A stretch of DNA of 64,000 nt from Octopus vulgaris (Eukaryota). The notes beneath the pieces are model-generated. The model was not told where the DNA came from. It saw only the letters and a list, made by a program, of their open reading frames with translations, and ran no database searches. Shown here one piece after another: positions 24,926 through 37,128 of the stretch (positions are counted from its first letter, which is position 1; the number at the start of each line of letters is the position of its first letter). The position numbers and the translations under genes were made by a program. The stretch covers positions 32,364,001-32,428,000 of the forward strand of contig OX597828.1 of the NCBI GenBank assembly GCA_951406725.2. Reading direction: 5' to 3'.

Positions 24926-26197
24926 AGATACACGTAAACACAGACACACATATGTATATATATATATATCTATATATAAAACCGAAATGCGTTTTAACCG
25001 CTTGGATCGCTTTCAATGCTACTACGGCCCGTCCGATTCGCTCCAAAATTTACTGGGACATGTAGAATGAGGTGACGATGCCAGTGGGCTATCTTAGAAA
25101 TCCCTATCTTAAAAGGTGTGGTTGCTAGGGGCCATCTTCCTCACTCACGCTATTTCCTATATTACCCTCTCACTCCTCTTCATTTAATGTAAGAACATTT
25201 TCACTCACTCTATCTCTTAGCTTCCCACAATTTTTACTCATGTATCTCTATACAGAGAAACAAATCTTCCATCGCCAACGCCACCGCATTCTATTGTCTA
25301 CCTGTCAACGCGCCCATCGACCAAATACAAACAGAACACACCAACGAGCGTTTATATACATGTGTGTGTGTGTTCTATATATAAATATGTATATATACAA
25401 AGTGTATATATCTGTATTTATGTATATTAAACTTTTAAATACTTTTTGATAGTTACGTAAAGGGAACTGGTTGCTTCTTTACACTTTTTGGGTGAAACTT
25501 GGGTGCGAGACAGATAATTTTCTCTGTTAATTACGTGACCAACAGGGGTCTAACAGGGGGAAATTATGCCTAAACATGAGCGCAGCGCATGTGAACATCC
25601 GAAGTGCTTTGAGTCGGGAGAAGAATTGAGCTGACGCAGACGTGTTGCAAAACAAGGTAGTACACTTGCAGAAAAGAGGTGCATGAGTGCAATAGGGCTT
25701 GCTAGGCTGAAATACAGTGTACAGTATTGAATATCCCAGTGATTAATGCGGTAAGCCTGAGGCTGCCAGCCAGTGCTTGAGTTATTATATGCCTCGGTCG
25801 TGCAGGAACAAAAGTGTGGCATGCTGGCGCGTTGTAAGGGACAAACAACTTTCTCTATGTATGCGTGACCGACCTAGGGTCTTACAGAGATGAGTTGTGT
25901 TTACAAGGGCACACTGAGCATGGAAAACAAGCGAGAAAGGCATGTGTAGCGTATGAGTGTGACAGAGATAGTGTTTTGCTGTCTGCCTTGAAGCAGACCT
26001 TTCCGTTGTTACTGCCTGATATTTATGATTGATCTTTCTAAATATTTTATTTCTCAACTTACTCAAGATCTTTTGTTGTTTATAAATGGGAGAGAGATAG
26101 ATAAAGATAGAGAGTAAGAGAAAGCGAGTCCGAGAGAAAGGAAGAGTAAGAGAGTGGGAGAGTGAGAGACAAAGGAGAGAGAAACAAAGAGGGAGAA

Positions 26198-26507
26198 TCA
26201 TCATCATCATCATCGTTTAACGTCCGTTTTCTGTGCTAGCACGGGTTGGACAGTTTGACAGGGGTCTGGGAAGCCAGGAGGCTGCACCAGGCTCCAGTCT
26301 GATCTGGCAGTGTTTCTACGGGTGGATGCCCTTCCTAACGCCAACCACTCTCTGAGCGTAGTGGGTGCTTTTTCGTGCCGCCGGCACATGTGCCAAGGGT
26401 CCTGGCAGCGGCCACGATCGGTTGGTGCTTTTTACGTGCCACCAGCACAGAAGCCAGTCAAGGCGGCGCTGCATTCCGCCATGTTCGGATGGTGCTTTTT
26501 ACGTGCT
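26198..26507 (-). mobile_element. Retroposon 3' end with (GAT)n tail and internal repeats (ggtgctttt-acgtgc)
   Basis: (CAT)n followed by cgtttaacgtccgtttt...ggatgcccttcctaacgccaacc; three ggtgctttt units. Confidence 0.55.
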
Positions 26508-26599
26508 GAAAGGAAGCAACATAAAGTAACAACCACACACTTACCCGCGCGTAGAGCGGGTCACCTTCAGCTAGTATATATATATATATATATATAGAA

Positions 26600-27519
26600 G
26601 AAATGAGGTAATCAGAAGATCGGATGGTTTATATTTACAGATATTTATTTGTATATTACATTTTTATATATATATCATATCACTTAGATCATTAGCGCTT
26701 TCTCCCATTCTAGTGGGGTTTTCAAATCAAACTAAGTTCCTGTGTGAGGAGTTTTGAACATTTTATATAGTTTGTAGTGGTGGGGAGGCATATAAGACAG
26801 TACAAGAGAGTGATGGATGAGGAGAAAGTGAGAGAGAGAACATGTGTGTATGTGTGTGCGTGTGTGTGTGTTTTTGTATCTGGGGTGAGTGCTAAAGAAA
26901 AAGAGGGGAAGGGAGACGGAAGGAGAAGAAAAAAATTTTTTTGGTCTGCTGGACAGAATATTGACTCCAAGGGGTTTCTAAGGCCTTGGAAACAAAGAAA
27001 GAATTTCAGTTTTGACCATTTCACAGTGTCACTGAGTGTGTGGTGGCGGGGAGGTAGGTCATAAATTATATTTCCTTTTATCATTGTGAGAGAGTGTGTG
27101 TGTGTTTAATGGGTTTAAGAATTCTTTCCACTTTTTATGAAAGTTTTGTGGAGGTGTGTGTGTGTGTCCGTGTGTGTTTGTGTGCGTGTGTGGGTGTCTG
27201 TGAGTTTGGAGAAGGGAAGAGAGAAAAAAAGGCACCTCATAGACAATGCAAACAAGTATGTGCATTGGGAGGAAGGGGAAAAATTGTGTTGATATTTATT
27301 CCACTATATATATATATACATGCTTATACATGAAACATTAGAAAAAACACCTTTCATCGATTCAAAATGAACAATTAAATTAAACCATCTTGAAACTTGC
27401 ATATCATAGGAAAGTTAAAATTAAAATGACAATTAAAAAGTAAAGATTAAGTAAAATACAAAAATAATATAATGTATATAACAGGCAATATACACCCACA
27501 CACACACACACACACCCAC

Positions 27520-27555
<36 letters not shown>

Positions 27556-27605
27556 TAAATGTTCTACTATATTAAATTGTAAATCGAAAGATGTGTCCTT
27601 CATTG

Positions 27606-27658
<53 letters not shown>

Positions 27659-28660
27659 GCTTATACATGGAATATTAGAAAAAAACACCTTTTATCGATT
27701 CAAAATGATCAATCAAATTCCACCATCTTGAAAATTGCATATCATAGGAAAGTTAAAATTAAAATGACAATTAAAAAGTAAAGATTAAGTAAATTACAAA
27801 AATAATATAATGTATATAACAGGTAATATATATATATACACACATATATATACATATACACACATATACTAAATGTTCTACTATATTACATTGTAAATCA
27901 AAAGATATGTCCTTCAATGTATGAATGAGTAAAATTTCAGTCATTTAATTTGGGGGAGAACTTAGCTATGAAATATTTTTCCATATTCCTCCTGAAAGAG
28001 GTGTCGTTCTTCGGACATTTGTAGAAGAGAAAGATCTTAAACTTTCCTTCTCCACACGTAGCTAGGTGTGTACTTCGTGGTATCTTGCTTAGTTCTTCCT
28101 GCCGAACATGTTGTCGGTGAATCCTGGCTCGCTGGCACAAAGAATTACCAGTTTCACCTGGTAATCCTCCTTGTACGTGGGGCAGGTTATGCAGTATATA
28201 ACGTTCTGCGTCTTGCAGTTCATATCTGCATTTACCTTAAATACGTAACCACTTTTAAATCTCATCTCTCTGTTTCCCTCTATGTATTTGTAGGTGGGGT
28301 TGCTGCAGATCCCACATCTACCATCTCCGCACTCTTTTGCAAAGAATTCCGTTTTAGTTTCGCTCTTGTTAGGTGTTTCTTTAGGTTTTTGCCCTGTCGT
28401 CTACTGTTTTTTATGGTATATTTGTTTAATATGTTTTTCATTTTGGGGCTTTGAAAGGCTATTGGCAGGTTTAAATGTATGGTTGGGAACATGTTGGTAA
28501 CTCCAAGGTTGTGCGTGTTTATAAAAGGGATAATGTTTTCTTTGTTTTTTGTTTTAGGTGTCCTGAGTTGTGCGATGTCTAGTTCCAATGCTCTTGTGAT
28601 TCCATTTTCTATTAGTTTAAGGGGGGGTTGCTCTAGTCGTATTTGTGAATCAGTTACTAT
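26600..28660 (-). mobile_element. 5'-truncated Neptune-like Penelope element (thumb/linker + GIY-YIG + long 3' UTR with hammerhead relic)
   Basis: 'IPFINTHN...SRRQGKNLKKHLTRAK', frameshifted 'NVIYCITCP', 'QRARIHRQH...EKYFIAKFSPKLN' (27937-28650). Hammerhead-like motif at 26682-26737. Confidence 0.85.
27305..27917. repeat. ~300-bp tandem duplication in the PLE 3' UTR
   Basis: catgcttatacatg...aaagatgtgtccttca (27319-27602) recurs at 27656-27916 with a few substitutions. Confidence 0.9.
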
Positions 28661-28683
28661 GCTATATATATATATATATATAT

Positions 28684-28822
28684 ACGACGGGCTTCTTTCA
28701 GTTTCCGTGTTCCAAATCCACTCATAAGTTTTTGGTCGGCCCAAGGCTGTTGTAGAAGACACTTGCCCAAGTTGCCACGCGGTTGGTAAACAAGATACTT
28801 ACCACACAGCCATCCTGCGCCT
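28684..28822 (-). mobile_element. SINE family A, 5' half
   Basis: Reverse complement of 5290-5447. Confidence 0.8.
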
Positions 28823-29591
28823 ATATATACACAATAAAAAGCACATACGTACATGAACACTTAGTGAAGAACAAGCAAAAATGTCTTGATAGATGCAGTT
28901 CACATGAACGTAGAGACATATATATCTACACAAACACACACATTACAATCACATACACACACACGCACGCACATACACAAACATACACACTTACACACAC
29001 ACACACAAACACAAGCGCATACTCGCACATGTATATATATATATATATATCATCCATTTATGTATATATGTAGGGTGACAATGAGAGAAAGTTTGAGAGA
29101 AAGACAATATGTAACGAAAATATGTCTATCTTTAAGAGTTCCTGCAGGGTACCCATATATTTGAGAATTTTTTGTAAAAATTTCTAAGTGAAAATATCAA
29201 CTCAAACTTTTACCCTTGTCTTTACATTGATGAATCATATCAGAGTGCAAACAACGAAAACGAATATAGACAGACTACAGCAAAAATCATCGATAATTAT
29301 AGAAACCGATTCATGTATTGTACTTCGAATTTGATGGATGACATCTCATTCTTTATCTCCTCTTCATTCTTCTGTTCCTTCCAACCTCTGACTTCATGCT
29401 TTACCTTTTTTTTATTTCTTTCCCACGATTCCCCTGCCACGTTTAACAATGTAGTCTGTTCTCCGTCATAGCGCCAGCATTATTTGTGTGCTTTACCGCA
29501 GCAATATTATCGCCTTCCTTACAGGCTACTCTTATCTTTGTATACGCCTCCAACTTCCTTACCGCCCCTGCACCTCCTCCTACTGCTCCTT

Positions 29592-29631
<40 letters not shown>

Positions 29632-29847
29632 CCATCATCATCATCATCTGTATCGTCATCATCATCGTCACCATCATTAAAATCATGATGTCCGTTTCAG
29701 TTTGTATTTTAATTTCTTTATGTCAATCACGAATTTTACTGTAAAAATAAATGTAATGTATCTCTTGTTTCTCACAGTCGCGATCAATAACGTTATTTTC
29801 TTTTCTCCTATTTTTAAAGTACAGATATGTTTTTGTCATATCGTGAC

Positions 29848-29915
<68 letters not shown>

Positions 29916-29954
29916 ATGTATGTATGTGTGTATGTATGTATGTATGTATATATG

Positions 29955-29988
<34 letters not shown>

Positions 29989-30155
29989 TGTATATACATA
30001 TATACGTATATACACACGTGCACAAACACACGCATAAATATACAACACATATACATGCTGTGCAGTGTATGTATATATATATGCGTATATATACATTTAT
30101 ACATACATATATAAATGTATTTTATAGATATATATATATATATATATACATATAT

Positions 30156-30230
<75 letters not shown>
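29848..30230. repeat. (TA)n/(TG)n/(TATG)n compound microsatellite
   Basis: Read directly. Confidence 0.9.
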
Positions 30231-30232
<2 letters not shown>

Positions 30233-32266
30233 GATTGTTTATAGAATTCATATAGAGTTCGTGTTTGTATAATATTCTATTTTCAGATCTTTGTTTTGCT
30301 TAAAGAAAAAAAAAAGCAAACAAAAAATTATTCGTAACTGACACACTTCCTTGCCCAAATGGTTTCTCTTTGAATGTTAGCTTACATGTTTTGTAGAATC
30401 GCATTTTTGTCTTGTAGTTATTTCTCATGTTTCATTGTAATGCTAAAATATCTATGCCCTCTACAGTTACTTCCACTCTTGACAGTGCAAAGATTAGCTG
30501 GTTTATTTGTTTGAGGTCATAGCTATATATAATTGATCCGGCGTTCTTTACAATTCCTGACATTTGTCAATAAACTGTTTTAGTACCTTGTATTATTCTT
30601 GTATGTCGACTTATCGTCAACAATCTTTATGTGGAATCCTTTTCTCCATTCTATCAATCCTTTCATTCTAAGAGAAAGAAAAAAAAGATGGACAGAGGTA
30701 GTTGGAACGCAATTACAGAAATAACTTCTGTTTTTTTTTCTTCTTTTTTTCTCATATTTCTTTTCTTTTCTTTATATTTTACAATGATTTATTTAATCGC
30801 TGCAGCTATTCGGCTTTATTGATGTTTTAATTTCCTACATGAGATTCATCAAAACCCTAGCAAAACTCTGTGTTTAGTTATTTTATCTTTCTTCTCATTG
30901 TTTACCTTCTTGAGAGATGGGAAAATGAACTTCAAGAGGAAAGATTCCTTTCATCATCTCCTCACATTTTTTTTGTCATACTAATTGTAGTTGATTTTGT
31001 TGTTGGTGTTACTGCTCTTGCCGGAGGTAGCATTTTTAATGAGATAACGTTATTATATATTTTGTTTATTCTCTGAGGATAAAATTACTTTCTAAGCCTG
31101 TTTCATTTATTAGGAATTTGCTAAGCGACATATCTATGAAACCTTTTGCATTGCTATGTCAACTCGGTTCTAACGTATAGATACATTTTTGAAATATCAG
31201 ATTTGATTTTTAGATACCACAAACATATTTGGAGTATTTTCCTTTGACAATGAAATTGTGCGGCGTCGGCTAGATTTGAAACCAGCTTTGATTTCATAAA
31301 ACCTGTATATAATTCATTGTTTTGGAATCATGAATATTTTAAATCATCTACAAAAGAAATTCGAAATAGCAGTATCCTGAATTATTCATTACGACTTCGT
31401 ATTATATTATTTGTGAATCGTTGGTAGTTTAATGGAATCTGTAAAATATTTTAAATGCCTTGCTATCCTGTGGGGAATATTCATTAACTATTACTTAACT
31501 ATTATATTTCCATAGTTGATAGATTAATACTTGTCAAATAAGAAGTACGTCTACTTTAATAGAATCTTTGCTTAGAAAATGTGTGGCATATGTTTGGATT
31601 TCGAAGTGTCATTTTTATATATATATATATATATTGTACCTAATAAATGATATAAGAAAGACGTTTCTTTTCATTTTATTATATGAAACTGCCACTAACA
31701 AAGCACACAGATTCCGTCGTCCAGTTGAAAACCATCACGAAGGTTTAGCGGGATCTATATAGCTGCAAACAATATGCTACTACCATGATAAAACTAGAAT
31801 TCACTCCTCTCTCTTCATTAGTCAGAAAAGAAATGAAGGATGTTGGGCCATGCCGTTCCTCCGCTGATTAGGCAACTGGCACTCAATAATGCAACACATT
31901 TGACACTGCATATAGTTCGGCGCAATTGCCATCCATAAGTTTTCACGCAAATAATATTGCACCAACACACATAACACAGATGCCGCAACAATAGAGTGGT
32001 TTGCCGTGCAGTATAACTGATTGTGCTAAGTATCTTGGTTGTAAATATGTAATGCTTTTGAAAACAACTATTTTAAAAGTGTGTGAAACGAAGTTCGTTT
32101 TCCTAATCTCAATTCTGGGGGCGCGGGGTGGAGCTAGATAAATGAGCAGCTTCTTTTAAGTGAATTATAGTTCTTTTTATAATTACTGCAATGAAAATGT
32201 CGTTGGGCAACATTTAGATAAAACATGTTTCGTAGAGAGAATCAAAAAGACCATTATAATAATCAT

Positions 32267-32333
<67 letters not shown>

Positions 32334-32351
32334 TCCCCGATGTAGTACAAG

Positions 32352-32640
32352 CAGTGGCCCTCGTGGCGTCTGGCCGTAACTGATTACTAGTGTTATCATG
32401 TAATTGTTTTGTCTTGATATAAAAGATGGGCTACAGCAAATATTGTGCTCAATACCACAGCTTTGCTTGTCGGTTGTTTGACAATAACCAGTTGAGCATG
32501 TCCCTTAGTGACTGACGATATGTGCATCTCTGATCACGAGCAGAAGTAGTGGGGGTGTATCATACCCTTGTGTTGAGAGGGATTCTTTGGGGTTAGAAAT
32601 AGTCACCTCTGGAAATATAGGTGTTTCCTTCAACATCCTT
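32352..32640. repeat. Interspersed repeat following an (AAC)n(AAT)n tract
   Basis: Looks like a common octopus interspersed repeat from recall; single copy in this window. Confidence 0.35.
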
Positions 32641-32641
32641 G

Positions 32642-33646
32642 CAGAAAATTCGGAAAGAGTTGGATGAATCTAATGGTGACTACGAAGGTACGGCACCTCG
32701 GAAAACTTACTCTGATCGTTCTGGTAAGAAAATAAATCACAAATTTGCTGATGAGATCCAGGCATTGATTTACAACGATCCTTTTAAGTCAATCAGGACC
32801 TTCGCTAGGGGCATAGGAGTGTCTGAGTATCTTATCACACAGGTCGTGCATGAAAACATTCTGTATTCCGCATAGAACTTGAGAATGGGAACATTTTTAT
32901 CGCAGCCCATCAGCGATAAGAGGAAAACCGGGCTACGAAGCTTTTGAACAAACTCAGTTATCCCTCCAACCGAACATGCTTTCTTTTTCTCAGACAGGAA
33001 ACATTTCTGCCGTGTCCATGAAACGTATATGGAGAGTAATAAAAATCAAAGAAACAGTCAACATCATGGTGTTTGGAGTGAAGACTAGTGATGTTGAAGT
33101 TATACCTCCATCGAGTTTACTACACGACCTCAGATTCAACATGGAGGGCTGCATCAAGTACCTGGAGGAAGTAGTGTTGCCCTGGGGGAATAGGGTGGCT
33201 GCTGGAAGAACCTATGTCTGACAACAGGACTCTGTACCATGCCATATAAGCAAGAGAGCTCAGTCATGGCTGTCAGACAATTTCTGCGACCACATCACCA
33301 CTAAAATCTGGCCAACTAGCTAGCCAGACTGCAATCACCTTGAATATTATGTGCGAGGCCCAGTTGAGCGAGAGACCAAGAAAACTCCTTCAGGTGAACT
33401 GAAGGCAACGATTGTGGCAGCATTCACCAACTTAAAGAAGGAGACTCTCCAGAAATGTTGCAGGTTATTCCGTAGTCATCCGGAGGCCGTGGTTGAAGCC
33501 AATGGCGATTTTATTGAATAAATTTACTCTGTTATATACCAAGATAGTTTAATATAATTGTGGTAAATATATCTGTTAAAACGAGATGTGATTGTTATGT
33601 TCATATTTACGTAATTTAGACGAAAATTTATTGACCGCACCCTATG
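32642..33646 (+). mobile_element. Tc1/mariner-superfamily (maT/DD37D-like) transposon, 5'-truncated
   Basis: 'NIMVFGV', 'YLEEVVLPW..AAGRTYV*QQDSVPCH', 'IWPTS*PDCNHLEYYV'; likely right TIR gacgaaaatttattgaccgcacccta. Confidence 0.85.
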
Positions 33647-33657
33647 CATATGTATAT

Positions 33658-33724
<67 letters not shown>

Positions 33725-33812
33725 TATATATAATAATTAATTTACTGTATAACTTACCTGTAAATTTTTAAACATATTGACTACTTGATAAAAATCATTC
33801 ACGTGATTTTAT

Positions 33813-33847
<35 letters not shown>

Positions 33848-33916
33848 GGAGTAAACACATAAATGTGAAACAAGGTGGAAAAAAGAGTACTCAAATACCA
33901 GTGGTAGAGTAATATG

Positions 33917-34904
33917 CTTTATTTTAAGCAGCAGAAAATTCAACAAAATCTGTTACTCTGAGTTTCTCGTTGCCGTTCATCAGACAGTTTTTGCTAGAAT
34001 GGAACATATATATTAATTCAATCTATACTCTTACAAACGCTACACCTTTAAAAAGAAATGGACTTGTTTGATTGGCCCTTTAGAAAAAACGGTCAATCTT
34101 CGAGCGATAAACAAAAAGGTCAAAAATATATGTATATATATATAAAAAACTTATAAAAATTATAAAATCCGAGGAAAAAACCGAGGAAAAAACCTATTGC
34201 CGTTAATGAAGACAGTACAAATTAATGCATAGAAATTAAACCTGTTATAAATACTGCAATACATATTTATATTAAAATCCACATATATATATCAACATAC
34301 ACAAAAGGATGCGCGTAAACGCCATACATACATATACAGACGTATGAATATGAATCTAAATTATACACATAAAAGCATGTGTACATATATTCACGCAAAC
34401 CGTCTCGCACGCAAGCTAAAATTCATCTATGTAGCAATTCTCATATACTGAGCAAGGAGGGGGAACGAAAGAAAGGGAAAGAGAGAAAAAAGAAACGAAG
34501 GAGGGGTGGGGAAAACTTGTAGCGATATTATTGACATCTATAGAGGCCAGTATACATACACAAGTTTGAATTGATACATATACATACCGTCGTGTGTATG
34601 CGTGCTTAAGCACAAGCATACTTTCACTTACACATACACAGATACGCATGCTTACAAATATATATGCTTTGCTATATACAAACTTATATAAACATTCTAA
34701 ATTTGACAACATTGCTTTTTTTAAAAAAAACATTGCTTTTAAAAAATGGGTGCATTAATAAAAATATATACGAAAGACATAAAATAAAATATAACATCCT
34801 ATTTTGGGTCATTTATAAATAATCAAGGTAATATAAATAATCAAGGTAATCTTATGCAATACAATAACATGAAAACAAAGTTTGTAGGTTTTTCCTAATA
34901 TATA
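33917..34904 (-). repeat. Left arm of the long inverted repeat (PLE 3' UTR/pLTR)
   Basis: Matches 35711-36700; the only difference I noticed is a 2-bp indel (ttttatgt vs ttttatatgt). Confidence 0.97.
33945..33992 (-). ncRNA. Minimal type I hammerhead ribozyme (left arm)
   Basis: Exact reverse complement of 36625-36672. Confidence 0.8.
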
Positions 34905-35022
34905 CGTTTATAAACGTCGTTATCAAGTGCATATAAGTTCCTTGTCTTGTCAGAATTAACGAAGATCTTATTCGAGTCGTTAATCTCCTTAATTTTTTCT
35001 CTCATGTTTTTTTGCAATTGGT
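34905..35022 (-). pseudogene. Antisense fragment of the PLE RT N-terminal region (DKT motif)
   Basis: Minus strand reads NQLQKNMREKIKEINDSNKIFVNSDKTRNLYALDNDVYK, matching the PLE DKG/DKT pre-RT motif. Confidence 0.8.
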
Positions 35023-35029
35023 TGAGGCA

Positions 35030-35621
35030 GGGTCATAAATTCTACAGAATATTTAATAGAAGAACCCTGAAGGTTAGCTATTCTTGTTGCAGAAATTTCG
35101 CCTCTTACATTAGCCAACATAATAGGAAGCTAATTGAGATTAGACATGGTGCCGAGCCCATTAAGAAATGTAATTTCAAAAACGAAAGCTCCTGTCCGTT
35201 AGAAGGGAAATGTCTAGTGAAAGGAGTAGTTTATAGAGCCAAGGTGCAAGTGGAAGGCTCATCGGAATACAAGACATACACAGGGGCTTCAGAAAATTCA
35301 TTTAAAACAAGATTTTATTCTCATAAGAATTCTTTTAAATACCCAGAGAACAGAAAGAAAACCAGCCTAGCAAAATATGTCTGGGAACTAAAAGAAAAGG
35401 AAGCCCCACCTTTCAACGTGACATGGAGCATTCTGGACAGGGCGGCACCATACAGGCATGGAGCTTACAAATATAATTTCAAGTGCAGGCTCTGCTTATT
35501 AGAAAAAATGCACATATTATTCAAAGACAATAATTCTTTGAATCAAAGAAGTGAATTAATGAACTTATGTAGGCACACGGCTAAATTTAAAATGTCGAAT
35601 ATAAATATACCATATGGATAG
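35030..35621 (+). CDS. Open GIY-YIG endonuclease domain of a Naiad-like PLE (5'-truncated)
   Basis: 'GHKFYRIFNRRTLKVSYSC', 'CNFKNESSCPLEGKC', 'VVY..TYTG..FKTRFYSH', 'CRLCLLEK', 'NQRSELMNLCRH'; no stop codons. Confidence 0.9.
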
Positions 35622-35710
35622 AGTATATATTTTGTATTTTGATTTTTTGATTTTGATTTTGACTCTTGAGCGCTACGACGGACCTATAGCAAAGTCTTTT
35701 TGTTTCTACA

Positions 35711-36700
35711 TATATATTAGGAAAAACCTACAAACTTTGTTTTCATGTTATTGTATTGCATAAGATTACCTTGATTATTTATATTACCTTGATTATTTAT
35801 AAATGACCCAAAATAGGATGTTATATTTTATTTTATATGTCTTTCGTATATATTTTTATTAATGCACCCATTTTTTAAAAGCAATGTTTTTTTTAAAAAA
35901 AGCAATGTTGTCAAATTTAGAATGTTTATATAAGTTTGTATATAGCAAAGCATATATATTTGTAAGCATGCGTATCTGTGTATGTGTAAGTGAAAGTATG
36001 CTTGTGCTTAAGCACGCATACACACGACGGTATGTATATGTATCAATTCAAACTTGTGTATGTATACTGGCCTCTATAGATGTCAATAATATCGCTACAA
36101 GTTTTCCCCACCCCTCCTTCGTTTCTTTTTTCTCTCTTTCCCTTTCTTTCGTTCCCCCTCCTTGCTCAGTATATGAGAATTGCTACATAGATGAATTTTA
36201 GCTTGCGTGCGAGACGGTTTGCGTGAATATATGTACACATGCTTTTATGTGTATAATTTAGATTCATATTCATACGTCTGTATATGTATGTATGGCGTTT
36301 ACGCGCATCCTTTTGTGTATGTTGATATATATATGTGGATTTTAATATAAATATGTATTGCAGTATTTATAACAGGTTTAATTTCTATGCATTAATTTGT
36401 ACTGTCTTCATTAACGGCAATAGGTTTTTTCCTCGGTTTTTTCCTCGGATTTTATAATTTTTATAAGTTTTTTATATATATATACATATATTTTTGACCT
36501 TTTTGTTTATCGCTCGAAGATTGACCGTTTTTTCTAAAGGGCCAATCAAACAAGTCCATTTCTTTTTAAAGGTGTAGCGTTTGTAAGAGTATAGATTGAA
36601 TTAATATATATGTTCCATTCTAGCAAAAACTGTCTGATGAACGGCAACGAGAAACTCAGAGTAACAGATTTTGTTGAATTTTCTGCTGCTTAAAATAAAG
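35711..36700 (+). repeat. Right arm of the long inverted repeat (PLE 3' UTR, ends at AATAAAG)
   Basis: Reverse complement of 33917-34904. Confidence 0.97.
36625..36672 (+). ncRNA. Minimal type I hammerhead ribozyme (right arm)
   Basis: aaaaactgt-CTGATGA-a.cg.gcaa.cg.a-GAAA-ctc.a.gag-TA^acagatttt; predicted cut after GUA at 36663. Confidence 0.8.
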
Positions 36701-36852
36701 TATATATATATATATACATATATGTTATGCAAGTGTGTGTGTATATTTTTTCTCTCACCACTTGACAGTTCTTCAAATGATAAAGCCATAATAATTATCA
36801 ACCATTGAAAATATAAAATATTACGGTGATTTCATCGACTAAAAAACTTCAA

Positions 36853-36893
<41 letters not shown>

Positions 36894-37128
36894 CAGGCAG
36901 ATAAACAGATCGATAGCTAGATAGATAGATAGATAGACAGTCAGACAGACAGAGAGATAGATAAACAGACAAACAGATAGGTAGGTATATAAATAGATAG
37001 ATAATAATAGACAGATATATAAATAGATAGATAAATAGATAGACAGATTGATAGACAGACAGACAGATATATATATATATATATATAGATATATAGATAG
37101 ATAGATAGAAAGATAGATAGATATATAA

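Larger units (their letters stand above)
33846..36700. mobile_element. Young Naiad-like Penelope insertion with ~990-bp inverted arms, inserted in (TA)n
   Basis: 33917-34904 is the reverse complement of 35711-36700; GIY-YIG frame lies between; a hammerhead in each arm; (TA)n on both flanks. Confidence 0.92.

Noticed and set aside
35030-35710. Selenoprotein-coding Naiad (Sec/SECIS)
   Set aside because: No in-frame TGA in the visible domain. The TGA in the old Naiad (~18110) is not at a Cys position.
34416-36201. Identical 105-aa ORFs at 34416-34733 (-) and 35884-36201 (+) as a duplicated gene
   Set aside because: They arise simply from the inverted UTR arms; low-complexity composition and no recognisable domain.
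33917-36700. Classical DNA transposon with 1-kb TIRs
   Set aside because: No DDE transposase; the arms are PLE 3' UTR with a hammerhead and AATAAA, and the ends are asymmetric.
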